A DNA stretch of 50,191 nucleotides from an uncultured Bacilli bacterium (GTDB lineage: Bacteria; Bacillota_I; Bacilli_A; RF39; UBA660). The stretch spans positions 1 through 50,191 of the forward strand of contig CALVZO010000025.1 in assembly GCA_944372545.1 (NCBI GenBank), given 5' to 3'. A program made the position numbers and the translations under genes. Positions 46,905 to 50,191 of this stretch are shown here, piece by piece. Each line of letters begins with the position of its first letter. Position 1 is the stretch's first letter. The notes under the pieces were generated by a model. It saw nothing but the letters and a program-made list of their open reading frames with translations. It had not been told where the DNA came from and did not search any database.

Positions 46905-46928
46905 TTAAAAAAAAGCCAGTTAAGGCTT
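46905..46928 (-). terminator. Internal terminator between VirB4 and the hydrolase gene
   Basis: Minus strand AAGCC-uuaacu-GGCUU followed by U8. Confidence 0.6.
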
Positions 46929-46932
46929 AATT

Positions 46933-48714
46933 TTAATAACCACCACCACTACCAAATGAATCTAATTCATCTTGAGTGACAACTACATTAATACGCATTC
47001 TTCTATTACCGCAAACAAATAAACCTTGGCCTTGTGGATAATATTTTATTCCTTCTTTTTCAGACTCATTTAAATCAATTAGCTGTGACAAATCATCAAC
47101 GGCTTGTTTACGAAGTCCCATTATTAAGTAATAAGAAGCATTATCAAATATTGCTTTTCCATGTTGAATAATAGTTGGAGCGGCAAAATCAGTTGGCTGT
47201 TGTGTAATAATTATTGTACCAGTATTATATTTACGACTACGTCTTTGAATTTGTGCTAAAAATTCTGCTCCAAGTTCATTATGACTCGCAAGTAATACAT
47301 GCGCTTCATCAACCATCATAACTGTATTTACATCTTTTTCTAAACATAATCCCCAAGCATATTTCAATATATTAAAGAATAAAGCATTTTTTATATTTTC
47401 ATCACTATTCATTAATTCTTTAATATTAAATACAATAAAATCACTATTAATTTGAATTGTTGTATGTCCAGTAAAATAATATCTTAATTCTTTTACTAAA
47501 GGTCTTATTTTTAATTCTAACCTTTCCATTACATCTCTTTCATGTGTAGCATCAACCATTGATAATAGCCTTCCTCTAATGGTAGCATATACATCATCAA
47601 ATGTTGGAAAATTTTCACTTCTTAATTTTGTATAGTCTGTATCATAATCAATTTGAAATCTTTTATAAGTATCTTGTACTACTTCACTAAATAAAGTTAA
47701 AACATCTTCTTCTATTGATGGATTATAATATTTCATAAAAGCCTTTAATTGTTGAATTGTTCTTGTTAAAACAGTATATCCTAAACCTTGCTCAATTTCT
47801 TCTTCATCAGCATCTACGACAATTTCAAGGGGATTAATCATTCCAAAATCTCCACCTTTACCTAAGTCTAAGAAATCTCCGCCTAATGAATTAGTCATCT
47901 CGCCAAGTTCTCCTTCAGGATCAATCGCCACAATTTTACAACCATTTCTTATATGTGTACGAAGCAATAATTTCGCTGCAGTAGATTTACCACTTCCTGA
48001 TGTACCTAATAATATAAGATTAGCATTATTTCTGTTATGTTCTTTTCTTATTTGATATAAAAACTGATTAAATAGAACAACTCCACCAGAAAAATCAACA
48101 CCAAGTAGACAAGATGTTCCTGGATCTTTAATACTATCAAATACAAATGGATACATAGCTGCTACAGTAATTGATGGAATTGGTGTTCCAATTCTTGCTT
48201 CAATATCTTGTTTTGGAAATATTGGAACAATACTTTTTAACACTTTTTCTTGTTCAAACATTAAAGCAACACCACTCATGCCTAATGCATTTAAGTAACT
48301 TTTTACTTCCATTCTCTTTATTTCTAATTCTTCTTTACTATCAGCAGTAATCATTAAATGCATTTGAAAATCAAATATTCTTGCTTGAGTAGCAGCAAGC
48401 ATACTAACAAATTGTTCTAAAGATTCATAGTCTTGACGAATTTTTTCTTGCATCGTTTGATCTTTTTCTGATTGATATCTCGCTTTTAAATCACCAATTT
48501 CTTTATTAATCATTTTTTGTAAAACACTAAATTGAATTGGTATATGCTTTACAACTACTTTAACCCCAGATATATTTGTTATATCTGATAGGTAACCAAC
48601 ATAAATATTTTTAGGGAAAGTAACAATAGTCATAATAGTTGAATACTTACCACCAATTCGAAATTCGGTTGGCTTAAATTCCATTCCTTTCGGAGCAATT
48701 GCATTCTTATTCAT
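46933..48714 (-). CDS. VirB4-like conjugation ATPase, C-terminal (NTPase) part
   Basis: IAPKGMEF..IGGKYSTIMTIVTFP junction motif, Walker A GTSGSGKST, Walker B MMVDEAH, similar to Tn916 Orf16 / TcpF / PrgJ. Confidence 0.9.
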   Translation of the reverse strand: MNKNAIAPKGMEFKPTEFRIGGKYSTIMTIVTFPKNIYVGYLSDITNISGVKVVVKHIPIQFSVLQKMINKEIGDLKARYQSEKDQTMQEKIRQDYESLEQFVSMLAATQARIFDFQMHLMITADSKEELEIKRMEVKSYLNALGMSGVALMFEQEKVLKSIVPIFPKQDIEARIGTPIPSITVAAMYPFVFDSIKDPGTSCLLGVDFSGGVVLFNQFLYQIRKEHNRNNANLILLGTSGSGKSTAAKLLLRTHIRNGCKIVAIDPEGELGEMTNSLGGDFLDLGKGGDFGMINPLEIVVDADEEEIEQGLGYTVLTRTIQQLKAFMKYYNPSIEEDVLTLFSEVVQDTYKRFQIDYDTDYTKLRSENFPTFDDVYATIRGRLLSMVDATHERDVMERLELKIRPLVKELRYYFTGHTTIQINSDFIVFNIKELMNSDENIKNALFFNILKYAWGLCLEKDVNTVMMVDEAHVLLASHNELGAEFLAQIQRRSRKYNTGTIIITQQPTDFAAPTIIQHGKAIFDNASYYLIMGLRKQAVDDLSQLIDLNESEKEGIKYYPQGQGLFVCGNRRMRINVVVTQDELDSFGSGGGY

Positions 48715-49277
48715 TAACTCATCACCGTCCCAAAATTAATTTGTTCGCCACCATTTAACAAATTATCTAAAATTATTCTTAAATCGGCATTAGATGTTTG
48801 TGTAGATTGTAACCCACAATTTGCAAGGCCACTAATTAAATTATGTAATTTTTTTTGTAATACTTCTAATTTCTTTTCTTGGAAAATCAAATAATATTCT
48901 GTGTCAACTACGTTATATTCAATACTCATAAATTGATTAGCCTTATTAATATCTTGAAGTATCAATTTTCTAATATTATTATCTGGAGTATTATTGTATA
49001 ATTGTTGAAGTTCTGCCAAATACAAATTAATATCCACTGGACGATCTGCAATAATTAGCCAAAACTCATAATCAATAGTATTATAAAAATTTCTTAAATT
49101 ATAAACCATTGAATCTTGGGCAGTTTGATCCATTATGAAAATGTTTTTGGGATGCACTTTTACTCCCGTTACATAGTAACCACTTTCAAGTTGAATCATT
49201 CCATTCATTATTTGTTTTACTGGCAACCATGAATCTGTATATTTACTCTTTACTACTTCTTGTGTTGAATCCTTCAT
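48714..49277 (-). CDS. VirB4-like ATPase, N-terminal domain encoded as a separate ORF
   Basis: DSWLPVKQIMNGMIQLESGYYVTGVKVHPKNIFIMDQ matches the N-terminus of Gram-positive VirB4 homologs. GGAGAGGA RBS before ATG 49277. The stop overlaps the next start (TAATG). Confidence 0.7.
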   Translation of the reverse strand: MKDSTQEVVKSKYTDSWLPVKQIMNGMIQLESGYYVTGVKVHPKNIFIMDQTAQDSMVYNLRNFYNTIDYEFWLIIADRPVDINLYLAELQQLYNNTPDNNIRKLILQDINKANQFMSIEYNVVDTEYYLIFQEKKLEVLQKKLHNLISGLANCGLQSTQTSNADLRIILDNLLNGGEQINFGTVMS

Positions 49278-49569
49278 ATATACACCATCCTCTCCAATAA
49301 TATTGCCTTCTATTAGTGTAAAAATTAAATATGTTAGTAAGTAATTGTAATACATTATGATAATGTGGTACCGGCATTACTAAAAATGCAGATATAATTG
49401 CTGGCATCATTACCAATAACAATATTGTTAAACTTAATGTACTAACTATTAATAACATTACTAATGAAAATGCACAACCAACAATAAATATAATTAAATC
49501 TGTCGGTGTAAAGAAACCAAGTATTAGCTGTGATTTTTTAGTATTTGCTGGTATTAAATAATTATTCAT
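49243..49569 (-). CDS. PrgI/TcpE-like small T4SS membrane protein (VirB3 analog)
   Basis: GGAGG RBS. Two TM helices, then ...FYTNRRQYYWRGW, as in PrgI-family proteins that precede VirB4. Confidence 0.65.
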   Translation of the reverse strand: MNNYLIPANTKKSQLILGFFTPTDLIIFIVGCAFSLVMLLIVSTLSLTILLLVMMPAIISAFLVMPVPHYHNVLQLLTNIFNFYTNRRQYYWRGWCIYEGFNTRSSKE

Positions 49570-49595
49570 ACCCTTTTATTCCTCCTTCTATATTA

Positions 49596-50180
49596 TTATT
49601 TTTTATCACCTTTAGCAGCATTTTCTTTATTCATTTCCGCAATTTTAATATCCGCTTGTCCTTGAGCTACCTTTGCCGCATCTTTTAATTTAGTCTTATT
49701 ATGTGAAAATGAAGCTGATGTTAATGGTGTACCATCCATAATGTCTTGTAAAGCGTTATTTCCAAACTCACCCATAATATCTTGTACTACTTTAGTATTA
49801 GCGTTTTCCAATATTGTAGCTTTCAATGCTTCAGCATTAACTAGACTATCTTTAAGCGCCGCTTGACCTTTGGCGGTTAAAGCAGCATAAGCACCTTTAC
49901 TTCCTTCTAATGATATATCAATTAATTCATCTCTTACAAGGTCTCTTACATGAGTATATGTTCCTTCTACGGCACTCAATTGCGCCGCACTAATTTTACC
50001 CATATTAAAATCAGCTCTTGCTTTAGCTAAATTTTGGGCTGCGGTATCAAAAGCCGCGTAGTTTGTTAATGCAAAACCATTTTTCAAAAAGACAGAATTA
50101 CCATCTTTTAATTGTTCTTTTTCTAAAATTTGCTCTATTCCATCACTAAAAGCGCTATATCTTGATGCTAATTTTCCCAT
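49596..50180 (-). CDS. Ala-rich soluble hypothetical protein (probably 5'-truncated by the window edge)
   Basis: The frame is still open upstream of the first Met to base 50191, and there is no SD there. GC-richer than the host. No motif recognised. Confidence 0.45.
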   Translation of the reverse strand: MGKLASRYSAFSDGIEQILEKEQLKDGNSVFLKNGFALTNYAAFDTAAQNLAKARADFNMGKISAAQLSAVEGTYTHVRDLVRDELIDISLEGSKGAYAALTAKGQAALKDSLVNAEALKATILENANTKVVQDIMGEFGNNALQDIMDGTPLTSASFSHNKTKLKDAAKVAQGQADIKIAEMNKENAAKGDKK

Positions 50181-50191
50181 ACTATTACTTT

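Larger units (their letters stand above)
41747..50191 (-). mobile_element. Partial conjugative type IV secretion module (ICE or integrated plasmid); right end beyond the window, left end undefined
   Basis: Co-directional PrgI-like, VirB4 (split), peptidoglycan hydrolase, lipoprotein and VirD4-type T4CP genes. Stretches such as 45200-46400 and 49600-50190 are visibly GC-richer than the flanking DNA. Confidence 0.75.

Noticed and set aside
1-50191. CRISPR arrays, rRNA genes, transposases or IS elements, and alternative genetic code (UGA=Trp)
   Set aside because: I found no regularly spaced direct repeats, no rRNA-like GC-rich blocks and no DDE or serine/tyrosine recombinase motifs in any track ORF. 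Several well-bounded genes end at TGA (for example 11179-11181 and 36344-36346), and no gene needs TGA read-through to reach normal length.

Overview
AT-rich sequence (roughly one quarter G+C by eye) from the chromosome of a spore-forming low-GC Firmicute. All calls rest on reading the ORF track and the DNA by eye; no BLAST or HMM search was run. Most of the window is housekeeping. It holds frr; a CIRCE-controlled hrcA-grpE-dnaK-[pepF]-dnaJ operon; mtaB; a lexA locus with Bacillus-like synteny (lexA / small divergent SOS ORF / UgtP-like GT / tkt-like / sirA-like); and TrmH-family MTase-rimM-trmD. It also holds uppP; a T-box-controlled tyrS; a co-directional ZIP-SDR-patatin-yebC-Fic string; tRNA-Arg(CCG); rseP-cdsA; a TrmA-family rRNA methyltransferase; a gerA-C-B germinant receptor operon; a LiaF-like envelope module; and CotF-like coat genes. 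The right ~8.5 kb (41747 to the window edge) is a Gram-positive type IV secretion (conjugation) module. It reads, on the minus strand, PrgI-like, a VirB4 ATPase split into two coupled ORFs, a SpoIID+NlpC/P60 hydrolase, a lipoprotein and a VirD4-type coupling protein. Parts of it are visibly GC-richer than the host. The relaxase, integrase and element ends are not in the window. The observations most worth a second look are: (1) a full-length transketolase homolog whose ThDP/catalytic motifs are all replaced; (2) an unannotated 49-aa membrane ORF divergent from lexA with a LexA box inside its promoter; (3) two ORF-free promoter-to-terminator units (36000-36333 and 3096-3327) that look like sRNAs or attenuators; (4) the split VirB4 and the unusual hydrolase architecture; (5) a Doc-type Fic protein with Gln in place of the catalytic His. 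I did not find a clear-cut defence system, CRISPR array, rRNA or transposase.
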